Below are positions 1 through 11,650 of a DNA stretch of 64,000 bases, in pieces (position 1 is the first letter of the stretch; each line of letters begins with the position of its first letter). Both the position numbers and the translations under genes were made by a program. Origin of the DNA: Tetramitus jugosus (Eukaryota; Protista; Heterolobosea); contig OW569365.1 in the NCBI GenBank assembly GCA_937625935.1, positions 437,658 to 501,657 of the forward strand, given 5' to 3'. Below the pieces are notes generated by a model. It saw nothing but the letters and a program-made list of their open reading frames with translations, was not told the origin of the DNA and did no database searches.

Positions 1-191
1 TTATAGTTCGGCAAAAGTATCTTTGAGTGAATGAAATTGGCGGTTTGTGGGATCAAAAGTTTGATTCTTCAACAAACAAGTTGACCTTGAGAGAAATTGT
101 AACGGAATCCGATCACCCGAAATAGCACAAATTTTATTCCGAATCGGCAAAAAATTTCTTCCCGCTTGCTTGAACATTCAATTTGTGGTAA

Positions 192-1259
192 ATGTTTTTG
201 CGCGGCAATTCTTCTTCGAAAGCTCGCGCACACAAGCGAATTCAACCTGATAAAAATAAACAAAAATTGATTTCGCGAGAGATGCCCACTGGTAGCAGTA
301 ACGAATCCATACCTGTCATTCTCTTTGGAGGTGCTCTTGCAGGTGTCACCTCTGATGCCATTGTTCATCCTATTGACACGATTCGTGCTCGTCTTCAAGT
401 AGCAACGACTAGTACCAACAACAAGGTTGGCTCTGCTGCAGCAGGACAACAACCATACAAGAGTGCTACACATGCATTCAGTCAGATTGTAAGGAATGAA
501 GGTGTACCTGCACTCTATCGTGGTTTCTCTATTGTTGCGATTGGAACGATACCTGGTCATGCACTGTACTTTGGTGGATACGAGTTGAGTAAACAGTTTT
601 TGAATCGAATCATGTTTGATCCGACACAAGATGAAAAGATCAAGGACGATTCGGTGATTGTTCATTTGACGAGTGGTCTCGTGGCTGATGTGGCAGGTGC
701 ATTGACGTGGACACCCATGGATGTGATTAAGCAGAGACTTCAAGTACAACAAAAGACGGGTCAGGCAGCAAAGTATAAGCATTCTTTGCATGCAATGCGT
801 GTGATTATTGCAGAGGAAGGTGTGCGTGGATTGTTTAGAGGATTTGGTACGGGTATTGCGACGTATGGACCCTATGTGTCACTCTATTTTGCGCTGTACG
901 AACAGATCAAGATTTATGCTGCAAGTGAGAAGGCATTGAACACAAAAGATGTCGGAAATTTGCCATTTTATGTTTATTTGTTTGGTTCGGCTTTGGCTGC
1001 TACATTCAGTGCTGCTGTTACGTGTCCACTCGATGTCGTCAAGACTAGAGTCCAAGTGCAACAAAAGTTGCCTTCAGGTGAGTACCAATACAAGAATGGA
1101 TTCGATGCCATGAGACAAATTATTAAGAACGAGGGAACAAGTGCATTGTTCCAGGGAGTGAAGCCACGTTGCTTGTGGATTGCAGGAGGCACAGCAATTA
1201 CTATGCTGGCCTACGAAGAAATTAAGAAATGGATACATACGATTCAAGATTCCACATAA
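192..1259 (+). CDS. Mitochondrial carrier (SLC25 family) protein
   Basis: Three Px[DE]xx[KR]xR signatures (PIDTIRAR, PMDVIKQR, PLDVVKTR). The real start may be the ATG at 282. Confidence 0.92.
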   Translation: MFLRGNSSSKARAHKRIQPDKNKQKLISREMPTGSSNESIPVILFGGALAGVTSDAIVHPIDTIRARLQVATTSTNNKVGSAAAGQQPYKSATHAFSQIVRNEGVPALYRGFSIVAIGTIPGHALYFGGYELSKQFLNRIMFDPTQDEKIKDDSVIVHLTSGLVADVAGALTWTPMDVIKQRLQVQQKTGQAAKYKHSLHAMRVIIAEEGVRGLFRGFGTGIATYGPYVSLYFALYEQIKIYAASEKALNTKDVGNLPFYVYLFGSALAATFSAAVTCPLDVVKTRVQVQQKLPSGEYQYKNGFDAMRQIIKNEGTSALFQGVKPRCLWIAGGTAITMLAYEEIKKWIHTIQDST

Positions 1260-1369
1260 CAAAAGTGTTGGTGAGATTCAATGGGCGCAACACTTGAAAT
1301 TGATCGTGGATCGATGGGCACAGGAGAACAAGTTAAGACGTCTCTGGTAGCATTTTGTAGGACAATTAT

Positions 1370-4300
1370 TTATTCTTGTGCAGCTAGTAAAGCATCGGCA
1401 GTATCTAGTAGTAATTCCTCAAGCAATGCATCTGCTATCTCTAGTTTTGTCTGGGACTTCTCTTGTATGATGTTTCCCCAGCAAGAATACGATGTGTTTG
1501 TTTTGGCAGCTGCCGATAACGTAGGCGCCTCCTTCATTTCCATGAGAGCAAAGTCAAAGAATTCAGAAGAGGTGGAGAAGTTCAGTGCCGCTTCTATCTT
1601 GTTGTGAATGAATTTTGTGAGATCCAAATCACCTTGTTGTTTCTTATTCTGGGACCAGCTCCGTGTGAGATACTCTGATCGATTAAAGATGTATCCTTGA
1701 TATGTAGGGACACTCTTTGTACAACTTGCTTCGTCATTCATCTTGTTATACTCTACAATGAACTCGTTTACACAATCAAATATCAGCCGATTGAATACCG
1801 ATTGTTCATCAGTCTTTGATTTCTGGTTTAGTTCACTCAGTACACCTTCCTTGACAGTATTCACTCTCTTCTCTCCGTTTATGCTTGTTCTTTCCAACAA
1901 CTGGTTGACAAAAGAATTAACATATTCCTGATCTAGCTGAACAAATTTGGATGGCCCTCTTATTGGAGGAAGATCCTGTAAGTTAGTGTTGGAAGAGTCC
2001 TCCTGAGAATGATCATCAATTTCTTCTTGTTGCACCTCTAGTGGCGTTCGACCTCCATCAAATTGTTCGTTAGCTGATTCACTAACCTGATTCACTGGAA
2101 AATGATCTTCCAAAGTAGTGTCTTCGGATATCGTTTCTGAAATGATGCTGTCAGATATTTGAGAATCGTCTGGCGAAGATGGATGAGTCATCAACTGCTT
2201 TACAATGTCCAATTCGTTTCTCAAATTCTGAGCCAAGGAATCCTTCATTGATATTGTCTTTTCTAGTTGTTGAATTCTTAAGCTGGATTCCTTTGAAAGC
2301 TCCTCAAATTCGTTCTCATTCTTCCTACTGGTTTCTTTTAGGGTGTTGAGTTGAGAATGTAATTCAGCAATTCTATTTTCATATCGGTCGATGGCTTCTT
2401 GGACATCTCCACTCTTTTCTTCCTCTCTCGTTTTGTAGAGTATTACTTCTTTCTTAAGTTTTTCAGATTCGTTTCTTGACATCATCAATTCTTTGTTCAG
2501 CTGATCCACTTTGTTCTGGACTTCTTCCTTGGGAACAGAATTATCTATTTCTTTTGTTTTAATCTCGATAATTTCTTCCAGCTCCTTTATCCTCATTTCG
2601 TAATAGTGACACTGTTCTCTCCATTCATTTCTATCTTCTTTTTGGTCGATCCACTCCTTTTCTTTTGTTTCGAGCTTCACTTTTAGTTCAATCACTTGTT
2701 TTTCTTTGAGATCGAGGTCAGCTTGCAGGAGTTGTACTTGGTCATTATTCGACTTGATTTGAGTGTTGATGAGAATTGCATTTTCTTCAAGCCGTTTCTT
2801 TTCAACTTGGACTGACTCTAAATCTAGATGCAGTTTTTCACAACTGAGTTCCACTTCTCTCAATTTGGTTTGAAGAGAATGGCTCTGTACTTTAAGTTTT
2901 GATGATTCCTCTTCAAAAAGTTCTATTCTAGATTCCAAAGAGCTAATGATATTGTCCTTTTCGACGCATAATCGTTTTTGGTTGTCGAGATCGCGCTTCA
3001 TCTCAGCAATTAGAGTTTCAAATTGATTCGTTGTCAGTTGATTATGTTCCTTCTCCTTCAATTGTTGAAGATTGAACTGCTCTCTGATGTTGTTTGTTTC
3101 TGTTCGCGAAGCAGCTATTTCTTCTTGCAATAGGTTCAATTTCACTCGGTACGTTTGGCTTAGTTCCTCCATTTCTCTTTCGTGTTCCTTTTTTGAAATA
3201 GTTCTCTCAATATGAAGTTTGAGATCCTTCTCCATCTTTTGCTTGACTCTTTCTGATTCACTCAACGATGATGTAATCTCCTCGGACAATTGTTGAATCT
3301 GCTCCTGGAGTGCTCTTATTTCTTCATTCTTTCTCTTTATACTGGATTCAAGCTTGTGGAACAGTTGATCGTTCATCTGTTGCTTGTTTAGAAATTGTTC
3401 GTTCATGACTTGCAGATGACTATTTCTCTCCATCTCATCCCTATGTTTTTTCAATAACTCTGCTTCACGTTCAATCTTAAAATCTAAAGATTGTTTCATT
3501 TCCTGGATTATTTTGTTTGCTGAAGCTAATTGAGATTCGAGATCGATGATCTGATTATTTTGCTGAGTGGAAGTTCCTTGGATCTGTGTTGCCTCTAAAG
3601 AATTTTCTTTGGTTCGTTCGACAAGATACGATATTTTCTCTTCCAGATGAGCTTCTCTCTTCTTCATTGAGTTCAAGCTATCTCTTAAACTCGAGATTGT
3701 TCCTTCCTTCTCAACATTCTGATTGGATAAGATTAGCAGCTGTTCCTTGAGAGATTGTTGCTCATTTCTTAAACTAATGATATCATTGTTGTCTGTATGA
3801 ACAGTTGTGGTGTGAATATTCTTCTTTTCCATCGTGAGTGCTAGTAAAATATCGAGTAATTTCCGGTTTTGACCTTGGTTCGCTTCATTCTGCCTCACTA
3901 ATTCTTCTACTCTTTCGGTAAGCTTCAGTATCTTTTCATCATGTTCGTATTGTTTAGATTGAGTGGATTCAAAGTGTTGATTCCTTTCCGAGACAGTGGG
4001 TACAGTTTCGACACTATCCTCTTCCTCACTCACATTCTCAACTATTGAAGAATCTTCGATATCAGGCAGAACATTACTCTCATGAGAAGAATAGGAGATC
4101 ATCTGCGGAGGAGCTGAAGAAGGTCTCTTGGCGCCATTAACTTGTTCGTCGTATGGCTGGTCATTAAAATGATGTTTCGGTCGATCGATAGATCCCTTCT
4201 TAGTTTTCTTGATTTCTTTCTCTGCATGGTAGTAAACCTTTTCATCACCTAAATAGATATCATCATTGAAATGTTCATAGCGGTAACCGCCTACAGCGTC

Positions 4301-5006
4301 GAAATGTTCCCTCGAGGTAGAACTTTGTTTCTTACTCGAGAATTTCTTCTCTCCGTTTGAGTTTACTATCTTTTTCTTCTTAATTTTCTTAATGATCTTT
4401 GGATTAGGTGGAGGAGGGAGATTCCCTATTTTGTATTGTTGTTGAACAAACTTATCTAAATCCTTTAGCATCTTTGTTCGTTTCATATCGGATTCCTCCT
4501 TGGACTTTCTTTCATTCTTCAGTTTTAATGTCGTTTCTATCTGCTTCTTCCTCATAAATTCCTTTTACACAAATTGTTAGTACTTCCTCTTCTGGTGTTT
4601 CATTTTAGCGACATACCTTCACTTTTTCCTCGTCATAAGTCTTCTTTCGCTCCTTCCTCAGATAATAGGGCAGATCAGAGTTCGTATTTTGATTGGCCAT
4701 TCGGGTAACATTATCGCTACTCACATTCGTCTGATGGTTCATCGCTGAGACCATGTTAGATCCAGCAGACACTGTTTTATTCGATGTTTTGTTCATTCTC
4801 GATCCATCTTTCACTGAAATAGAGGTACTACTCCCTGGGGTAGCAATTGTCGCGACAATAGAAGTGTTCGTCTTCTGACTCGTTTTGCTTAAGATCGAGC
4901 TTGAATTCTTGGAGGGAACAGGAGTAGAAGAGGATTTGATCCTCTGGGAAGGTAATACTCCTTTCAACTGAGTACCTATTTTTCCATTTGTTTGGTGGAT
5001 CACCAT
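1370..5006 (-). CDS. Long coiled-coil protein with C-terminal CEP350/TRM-like (DUF4378-type) domain; 2 exons
   Basis: ORFs 4605-5072 and 1370-4555 join in frame (…KVK|EFMRKK…) through a 55-nt intron at 4562-4616 (GTATGT…TACTAAC…AAG). The C-terminus has LIFDCVNE…W…KLEIADALLEELLLDT. First ATG is at 5006. Confidence 0.7.
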
Positions 5007-5111
5007 TGTGAATGACCTAGTTCTGTTCTGTTGAGTGAAAAATCGGTGATTTGATGTTGATCGAAGCGCCAACGCTTGCTTACAGTAACCGACCTTGAAT
5101 CGGTGAATTAT

Positions 5112-7739
5112 TTATATGTTCAAAGAGAAACCTCCGCCAGTGAAATGTTGTTGATTGGGATTGTGAATCACGGGATACATCTCAGCGGCTTCTCTCAGTT
5201 TTTGTCGTTCCTTGTCTTGTGCGACTTGTTCCTTCTTCCTCACAGCGAGATATTTCTTCTTTGTGTCTTGTAATTCCTTGGCCACTCTCTCTCTGTCATA
5301 CTCGATTTCTTTAATCTTAAACATGAACATGTTAATTTCCGAGGCCATGGATTTCATTTGTGCATTCTTTTTCTTCAGCGTTTCTTGATAGACATTTAAT
5401 TGCTCGGCGAGCTCGGGTCCTGGTTGTCTAGCTAATATAGCCTTCAGTTCACTATGTAACTTATCCTTCTCCTGTATTATTAAATCCTTCTCCATCACTT
5501 CTTGAGTCTTTGATATTAATCTCTTCTGCAATGTTTGTGTTTTAAGGATCATTTCATAAGCTGTAGGGTCACTGCCTTCGAGTTTTCTCCATCTATGTAC
5601 ATTCATTGGATTTTCAAGCTCTTCCGATAGAGCTTTGACTTTTGTTCGCTCTTGTAACACTAATTTTTGTAGTTGGTGCTTCTCAAGCTTCAAGTCCTTA
5701 ATTTTTGAGATCTGAGAGCTCAACACATGTAACTTCCGGCTGAGTTCAGAGAGTTTGAGTTTAAGCATTCGTATGTCTTCTACCTTCTCTCTAAATTGAA
5801 CAGCACCCTTATCTAAAGCACTATTCTGGATCTGAATTTTTTCATAGAGAAGGGCAATCTCATCGTTTCTTCTGATTAATTGAGTACCAAGAATATCTCT
5901 CTCGCTAGTGACTCGCTCTATGTCACTCAGCTGCTTCATTCGATCGTTTTCGGATTCTTTAATAATTTGGTTCAACCGATAACTTTCTTTCTTCAAGTTA
6001 TGTATCGTTGTTTCGTGCTTCTCAGCTTTAGCCTTGAACGATTGAGCTTCCTCTTTAAATCTCTCCTTTTCCTTCGTCTCTTTGATCACCCGTACAGTCT
6101 CCTCCGCGTGTTTCATTGATATCGCTTTCATTTCTTCCTTCTGCTGCGATACTTGATGAGATATAATCTTCAGTTTCTTCTTGAGCTCATCCAATTCCTC
6201 AAATGCATCGTTCAAGGCTTTACCCTTAGAATTTCGGTCACTTCTCACCTGTTCGTACAAAGCTTGTTGTTGTTTCAGCTTTTCCTGAGCATCAACAATC
6301 TTCTTTTGAAGATCATGATTTTCAAGTTTCTTGATTTTGACTTCCTCGAGAGCTTGGAAGTACTTTTGGGTCGCCTCAGATTTATCAGTCGAATACTTGT
6401 TTCTCTCCTTTGTCAACAACCGATTTTCGACTCGTAGTTCTTCAGCAACTCTCATATATGCTTTTAACTTTCTTTCCAAATCATTCTTCTGAGCATCTGA
6501 CATTAACAATAAACTTTCATTTTTGATCTTATCTTTCCGTGTCTTAACATTTTCCCTGTTCAAGTAGTTGTTATCAGCCCGTAACTTTTCATAATCCTTG
6601 CGATCAGAGGACTTATCTGTTTCCAACTTTCTAATTTCCTCTTCATACCCCTTTTGTAGACTATCCATTTTAATTTGCATACTTCGATTGTCCTCTCTTC
6701 TTCGTTCTTCCAGGCTTCGAATCTTTTCTTCTGTTGCTTGAAGAAGATTCTTGATCCTGTGAGCTTCGTCTCGAGCAACCTTCAGGGCTCGTTCTTTCAT
6801 GGCAAGTTCTGTTTGAATGGCTGATCGATCTGCCTCAATAGCGGCAGTTTTTTTCAGTGTTACTCTCAGTTGTTCCTCTGCTTCCTCATTCTTTTGGAAT
6901 AGGAGCTGTTTCTCCATCTCTGTGTCCTTGATGTGTTTCTCCATTTTCTTCTTGGCAGTTTCCAAGTTCTCAATGTATTCCTGTTGTGTCTGTATCTGGT
7001 GTCTGTATGATTCGATTTCATCTCTCTTTTGTTCCAAGATTTCTTGCCTCGCTTTGGATTCCTTGTCAGCTTTTTCTCGATGTCCTCTCTCTCTATCTAA
7101 CTCTTGTCTGTATTGGTTCAGAGTTTCTTCAGTTTCCTGTAGCGACTGGACAATTTGTTTCTTCTCTTGATTGAGCTTGTTGATTTGTCTCTGGAGATTT
7201 CCCATGTGATTATTCATTTCTACAATTTGGGATTGTTGTACATCTCTCTCCTGAACCAGTTCTCTCTTTTCCTTTACTAGTTCGTTAATCGCTTCCTGAT
7301 CCCCATTACTCATTCCCGCACTATTGTCAGCCAACTTACTAAACTTGCTCAGTTCTTTCGTTAATTGAGCAATTGTCTCTTTGGCTTTCGCTTCTTTATC
7401 ATGGGACGCTGCCACCATATTCCACGCCTTCTCAATTTCCTTTCTCAATTCCATAATCGTATTCTGATCATCTTTACTCAACATAATAGCCGTTTCAATC
7501 TTTGAAGCATTTGCTAGAATTTCTTCATTCAATTCTTCCACTTTCTGAAGGAGTCTCTTCTCATGTTGATGCGACCGAAGCAATGTACGATGGAGTTTAT
7601 CATACTCTACCCTAAACTTTTCCAAATGTTCATCACCTGACAACTCGAGCAAAACTTCTTGAAATTCTCGTTCCAGAGCTTCGAAGGCAGAACTACTGAG
7701 AATTAGTTCAGCATCCTTGTGTTTTTCTTCTATCCCCAT
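5112..7739 (-). CDS. CFAP58: Cilia- and flagella-associated protein 58
   Basis: 875-aa coiled coil with ERDILGTQLIRRNDE and LENPMNVHRWRKLEGSDP motifs, ending FTGGGFSL. Possible 5'UTR intron at 7741-7786. Confidence 0.92.
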   Translation of the reverse strand: MGIEEKHKDAELILSSSAFEALEREFQEVLLELSGDEHLEKFRVEYDKLHRTLLRSHQHEKRLLQKVEELNEEILANASKIETAIMLSKDDQNTIMELRKEIEKAWNMVAASHDKEAKAKETIAQLTKELSKFSKLADNSAGMSNGDQEAINELVKEKRELVQERDVQQSQIVEMNNHMGNLQRQINKLNQEKKQIVQSLQETEETLNQYRQELDRERGHREKADKESKARQEILEQKRDEIESYRHQIQTQQEYIENLETAKKKMEKHIKDTEMEKQLLFQKNEEAEEQLRVTLKKTAAIEADRSAIQTELAMKERALKVARDEAHRIKNLLQATEEKIRSLEERRREDNRSMQIKMDSLQKGYEEEIRKLETDKSSDRKDYEKLRADNNYLNRENVKTRKDKIKNESLLLMSDAQKNDLERKLKAYMRVAEELRVENRLLTKERNKYSTDKSEATQKYFQALEEVKIKKLENHDLQKKIVDAQEKLKQQQALYEQVRSDRNSKGKALNDAFEELDELKKKLKIISHQVSQQKEEMKAISMKHAEETVRVIKETKEKERFKEEAQSFKAKAEKHETTIHNLKKESYRLNQIIKESENDRMKQLSDIERVTSERDILGTQLIRRNDEIALLYEKIQIQNSALDKGAVQFREKVEDIRMLKLKLSELSRKLHVLSSQISKIKDLKLEKHQLQKLVLQERTKVKALSEELENPMNVHRWRKLEGSDPTAYEMILKTQTLQKRLISKTQEVMEKDLIIQEKDKLHSELKAILARQPGPELAEQLNVYQETLKKKNAQMKSMASEINMFMFKIKEIEYDRERVAKELQDTKKKYLAVRKKEQVAQDKERQKLREAAEMYPVIHNPNQQHFTGGGFSLNI

Positions 7740-7871
7740 TCTATTGGAGAATGATAAAAGTTATATAACAATAAATAATCAAGTACCTCTGCTGGCGCGA
7801 AGTTTTCTTCCTAGTGATATTCTCTGTTGTAGTTGAAATCGCCCAAATGGGCGCGACCGTTGAGATGGACA

Positions 7872-7880
7872 GGCGGGAAA
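7872..7880 (-). promoter_or_regulatory. E2F/DP-type site TTTCCCGCC upstream of CFAP58
   Basis: Matches the TTTSSCGC consensus. An identical 9-mer lies in the same orientation upstream of CFAP52. Confidence 0.4.
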
Positions 7881-7948
7881 GCAGGATTTGACGAAAAAGA
7901 AAAACATCTTTACTGAGAATGTTCGATCCTCTTGGCTGAATAAAATGA

Positions 7949-10900
7949 CTACTTTTGATTCCTTCTTAACCTCTCAAGCTCTGCTCTAAGTTGCATAATC
8001 TCATCATCCTTTTGTTGTAATAACATCCGAACATCCAAGTCGTTGGTCACTGGTTTCGTAGTGACAACTTCGTCGTTCGTTTGGGCAATGTGAGTGCTGT
8101 TCACACTGCTGTCGAGATGCGCGTATGACTTTTGTCCATTCACGTTTCTCTTTTGCTTACGCAACAGGATGCCCTTTGTTATGGTGAGGACTTCTCTCGC
8201 TGTTGGACGTGACATTGGAGCTGAATCGATACACCTCTTCACAAGCTCCATCTCCTCAGGATATTTTTCTTGCTTAGAATCTGGGATCTTGCCTGACCGT
8301 AGACCAGTCAATATGTGAGCTCTCTCAGATTTTGTAGCAAATGGATGCAACATCTCAAAAAGAATGACACCCAGACTGAACACATCCGCCTTATCATCAT
8401 ACATGGATGTGGCATATTGTTCTGGAGAAGCATAGAAATAAGTTCCAACACCGCTTGTGTGATCCGATAAATCTGATCCAATTGGACTCTGAGACCGTTG
8501 AACAATTTGTTTGTCACCATGTTCTGTGCCATGTTTGTTGGACTTTGTGTGAACAAGGTTGTCTCTCACTGATTTAGCCAAGCCAAAATCTCCAATCTTG
8601 ATAATGTTATCATTGGTAATAAATATATTTTTTGGCTTGAGATCTCGATGCATAAGCTCCTTGCTGTGAATGTAGGCAACACCCTCGGCAATTTGCTTGA
8701 AAAAGTTCATGCATTGACCATAATCTACAACGCATTGTTGGACACGATTTTGATTCCACATGTAATCCTCCAAGGTATTCTGTTGACAGAGTTGCATTTG
8801 AATAAATAAAAACATTTCGAACTTGTTCTTCTTCTCGTTGAACATTTCGGCCAATAGATTCTTGACTGCTTGCTGAACTGAATTGTCAACAACAGCTGGG
8901 GAATTAGTCACCTTTTCAGTTATGGAGCGGTGAGGCACTATTGGTTGTCTGGTTGCTGTTCCTTGTTGTTTCTGTTTGATGGCATATTCTAGGTAGCTCA
9001 TATCCTGTGGGGACGGAGCAATAAATGATGATTGATACTTGTCGTATGGGTGTGGCTCCTCGGGTAGTTGAACAAGACTAATTACAGAATCGTCATCACT
9101 TGAACATTCAAACTTGACGTTATCTGAATTGAGCGGCATGCTCGGTGTGAAGGGAGAAGCAGGGTCAGCCTCTTCATCAAAACTAAACTGAACATTATTC
9201 GCACAATCGTCATTGGCCCTCTTGATATTTGCATCAACACCAATATTAGCGAATCCACTGCTTCCACTATTGACGGTGCTTCCATCGTTGATGTTGGATT
9301 CGAAATCATCCACCTTCTCTGAATCAAAGTCATCCTCCTCATCATCATCGCTGTTTTCTTGCTCGCCATAGTCAGGATCTTTCCAACTAGGTTCGAACCA
9401 TGCTTGATTGTATCGCACGATATTCGGATGATCCAAACTTGCCAACAACTTCACCTCACGAATAACCTTTGCGTATGTTTGCTCAAGTTCGAGCTTATTT
9501 CGGAAACAGAACTTGATTCTCTTGATGGCATATTCATGACCATCGATGCGATGACGTGACCGAAATACAGAACCAAAGGCACCCTTTCCTAGCTTAGCCT
9601 TGCTGCCCCAATCTTGCTTGAATCGAGAAGTTGAGTAAAACATGAAATCAAAGAATGGAAGCTCTGTTGATGACACGAGTGGATTTCCTCTTCTTGACAT
9701 TTCCATGTCTCTTCCGAGACCAGAGAGGAAGGAACCAACAGATTCCGATCTCCGGAGCTTTGATTTCGAGGCGGCTCCTTCTGTAATCTCACCTTGTGGA
9801 GCTGCTTCGGAAAAGGCTGGCCAATTTGAAATAACATCAAGCATAAAGTCCTTGCACACAGACTTTAGAAAATTGTGATCCAGATACCGAGAATCAGACA
9901 GATAGCCATACTCTAACAATTGAGTGCACATGCTCTTGAAATAGGTTGGATCAGGAGTGAACTGTCGACAAACATGTTGAAGAAGGAACAGGAGCAACAC
10001 TTCCTTCTTATCTACATTGTCGACATTGATGGGTGCTGATGCAGAGGATGCATCATCACTGTTGTCACTGTTTCCTAAGGGTTCCTGAGAAGACGGACGC
10101 CGTGTGACCAAGGAACTAATAGTAGCATTGAAGGTAGGAGTCGTCGAAGAAGACACTGTTGCTCCAGTGCTATCATCATCATCCTGATCAACACTATTGT
10201 GTGACCGATCCGATGCTTCACTGTCCTCTTCTCCACTGGAAACGAATTGTTTGGAGAACCATTTGCGTCCTGCACTCGTCGTGCCCGTTGAGAAACTCCG
10301 GCTAGTTCTATTCTTTGTTTCTGTCTTGGTTTTATCACGACTTGCACCGTTGGAGCTCGCAGAAGATGAATCATTCTTATTTTCATCATGATCGTCATCA
10401 CTGTTGTTATCGTCTTCATCCTCATCATCTTCATTGTCGTCATCCTCGTCGTCGTCATCACTGTCAGAGAATGCATCAATTTTAAAAGTAGCAATTGTCT
10501 TCCTACGCTTCTTAGTGTACTTTTTGACCTTGATCGCATTGGAGTGATGATCTTCATCTTCATCGTCATCGTCATCATTGTTCACATCTGCATCACAGCC
10601 TTCACTGCTCGTACTCTTGTCTCTCCGTTGTTGTGGCAGTTGCTGTTGTTTCCGTTGAGGCTCTTGTTGTTTCTGCTGTTGATGTTGATGATGCATGGCA
10701 CTCAACGATCGGTAATTACCAGCAGCAGAGGACGAAAAGGACGAAGAAGAAGACAAAATATTGGCCAAGCACTCTGTTTCAAAACAATCTCCAGCTGCAA
10801 CAGCACCAACACGATCAGCACCATATTGAGTATTATTGTGAGTGCTCACTGCTGTGCTCGGTAGAGAAGAAGATGAAAAGGAAGAGGAATAGTAACTGTT

Positions 10901-11650
10901 GTTGAACGAAGATGCATCATCTGATGATAAACTACTGCTCAACGTTGACTCAATCTCACTATAAAAGCTCTGAATCAGTGATGAAGAATGACTTTTTCTC
11001 CGATTCAAAGCAGAAGCCGTCATGTTGCTGCTGGACAATGATGATCCATTTGTTTTCTTCCAACCATTATGCTGATGATTGTGAGACTGGTGTGGTGGTG
11101 ATAATGAACTCGATAGAACAAGCTTTGTAGGTGCGAGTGTTGATTTTTTTGTTTGAGTAATTGACACAGGAACAGAACTACCACTACCATTGTTATTATT
11201 ATTGTTATTATTGTGATTGATATTACTGGTATTGGTATTGATAGTGTTGGTTTGGAGTGGTGAGGAAATATGAGTGTTCACCGCATGATTTGTGTGATTT
11301 GTTTTGATTGAGATGGGAGAGGATGTTGAAGCAATCGTATTGCTAGTGGTAGTTGTAGCACTGGGTGACCGAGGTACTTGTTGTTGCTGTTGTTGTTGTT
11401 GTTTTTTTGCATTGATTGAATTTGCAATTTTACTCAAAAAGCTATTGCTATTATTATTGGTATTATTGGTACTATTATTATTCGTGTTATTGTTAGTAGT
11501 GTTCATGTTACCTCTCATGAGAGGTGATGATGAAGGTGAGGCAGAGGAGAAGGAAGTAGTGGATGGTGATGATTGAATGCCATTATTGTTGTTGTGTCTG
11601 ATTTGATAAATGTTATTATTATTATTATTGTTGTTGTTGTTGTGAAACAT
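7949..11650 (-). CDS. EIF2AK1: eIF2alpha kinase, HRI-like
   Basis: LGKGAFGSV, YAIKRI, REVKLLASLDHPNIVRY, acidic kinase insert, LFIQMQLC, HRDLKPKN, DFG, GVGTYFYASPEQ. Also an HRI-like pre-kinase motif (LLLFLLQHVC), a C-terminal coiled coil and a low-complexity N/Q/S/D N-terminus. Confidence 0.85.
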   Translation of the reverse strand: MFHNNNNNNNNNNIYQIRHNNNNGIQSSPSTTSFSSASPSSSPLMRGNMNTTNNNTNNNSTNNTNNNSNSFLSKIANSINAKKQQQQQQQQVPRSPSATTTTSNTIASTSSPISIKTNHTNHAVNTHISSPLQTNTINTNTSNINHNNNNNNNNGSGSSVPVSITQTKKSTLAPTKLVLSSSLSPPHQSHNHQHNGWKKTNGSSLSSSNMTASALNRRKSHSSSLIQSFYSEIESTLSSSLSSDDASSFNNSYYSSSFSSSSLPSTAVSTHNNTQYGADRVGAVAAGDCFETECLANILSSSSSFSSSAAGNYRSLSAMHHQHQQQKQQEPQRKQQQLPQQRRDKSTSSEGCDADVNNDDDDDEDEDHHSNAIKVKKYTKKRRKTIATFKIDAFSDSDDDDEDDDNEDDEDEDDNNSDDDHDENKNDSSSASSNGASRDKTKTETKNRTSRSFSTGTTSAGRKWFSKQFVSSGEEDSEASDRSHNSVDQDDDDSTGATVSSSTTPTFNATISSLVTRRPSSQEPLGNSDNSDDASSASAPINVDNVDKKEVLLLFLLQHVCRQFTPDPTYFKSMCTQLLEYGYLSDSRYLDHNFLKSVCKDFMLDVISNWPAFSEAAPQGEITEGAASKSKLRRSESVGSFLSGLGRDMEMSRRGNPLVSSTELPFFDFMFYSTSRFKQDWGSKAKLGKGAFGSVFRSRHRIDGHEYAIKRIKFCFRNKLELEQTYAKVIREVKLLASLDHPNIVRYNQAWFEPSWKDPDYGEQENSDDDEEDDFDSEKVDDFESNINDGSTVNSGSSGFANIGVDANIKRANDDCANNVQFSFDEEADPASPFTPSMPLNSDNVKFECSSDDDSVISLVQLPEEPHPYDKYQSSFIAPSPQDMSYLEYAIKQKQQGTATRQPIVPHRSITEKVTNSPAVVDNSVQQAVKNLLAEMFNEKKNKFEMFLFIQMQLCQQNTLEDYMWNQNRVQQCVVDYGQCMNFFKQIAEGVAYIHSKELMHRDLKPKNIFITNDNIIKIGDFGLAKSVRDNLVHTKSNKHGTEHGDKQIVQRSQSPIGSDLSDHTSGVGTYFYASPEQYATSMYDDKADVFSLGVILFEMLHPFATKSERAHILTGLRSGKIPDSKQEKYPEEMELVKRCIDSAPMSRPTAREVLTITKGILLRKQKRNVNGQKSYAHLDSSVNSTHIAQTNDEVVTTKPVTNDLDVRMLLQQKDDEIMQLRAELERLRRNQK

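Noticed and set aside
69-791. 240-aa antisense ORF and the many other shadow ORFs
   Set aside because: They overlap well-supported genes on the opposite strand or frame and show no motifs.
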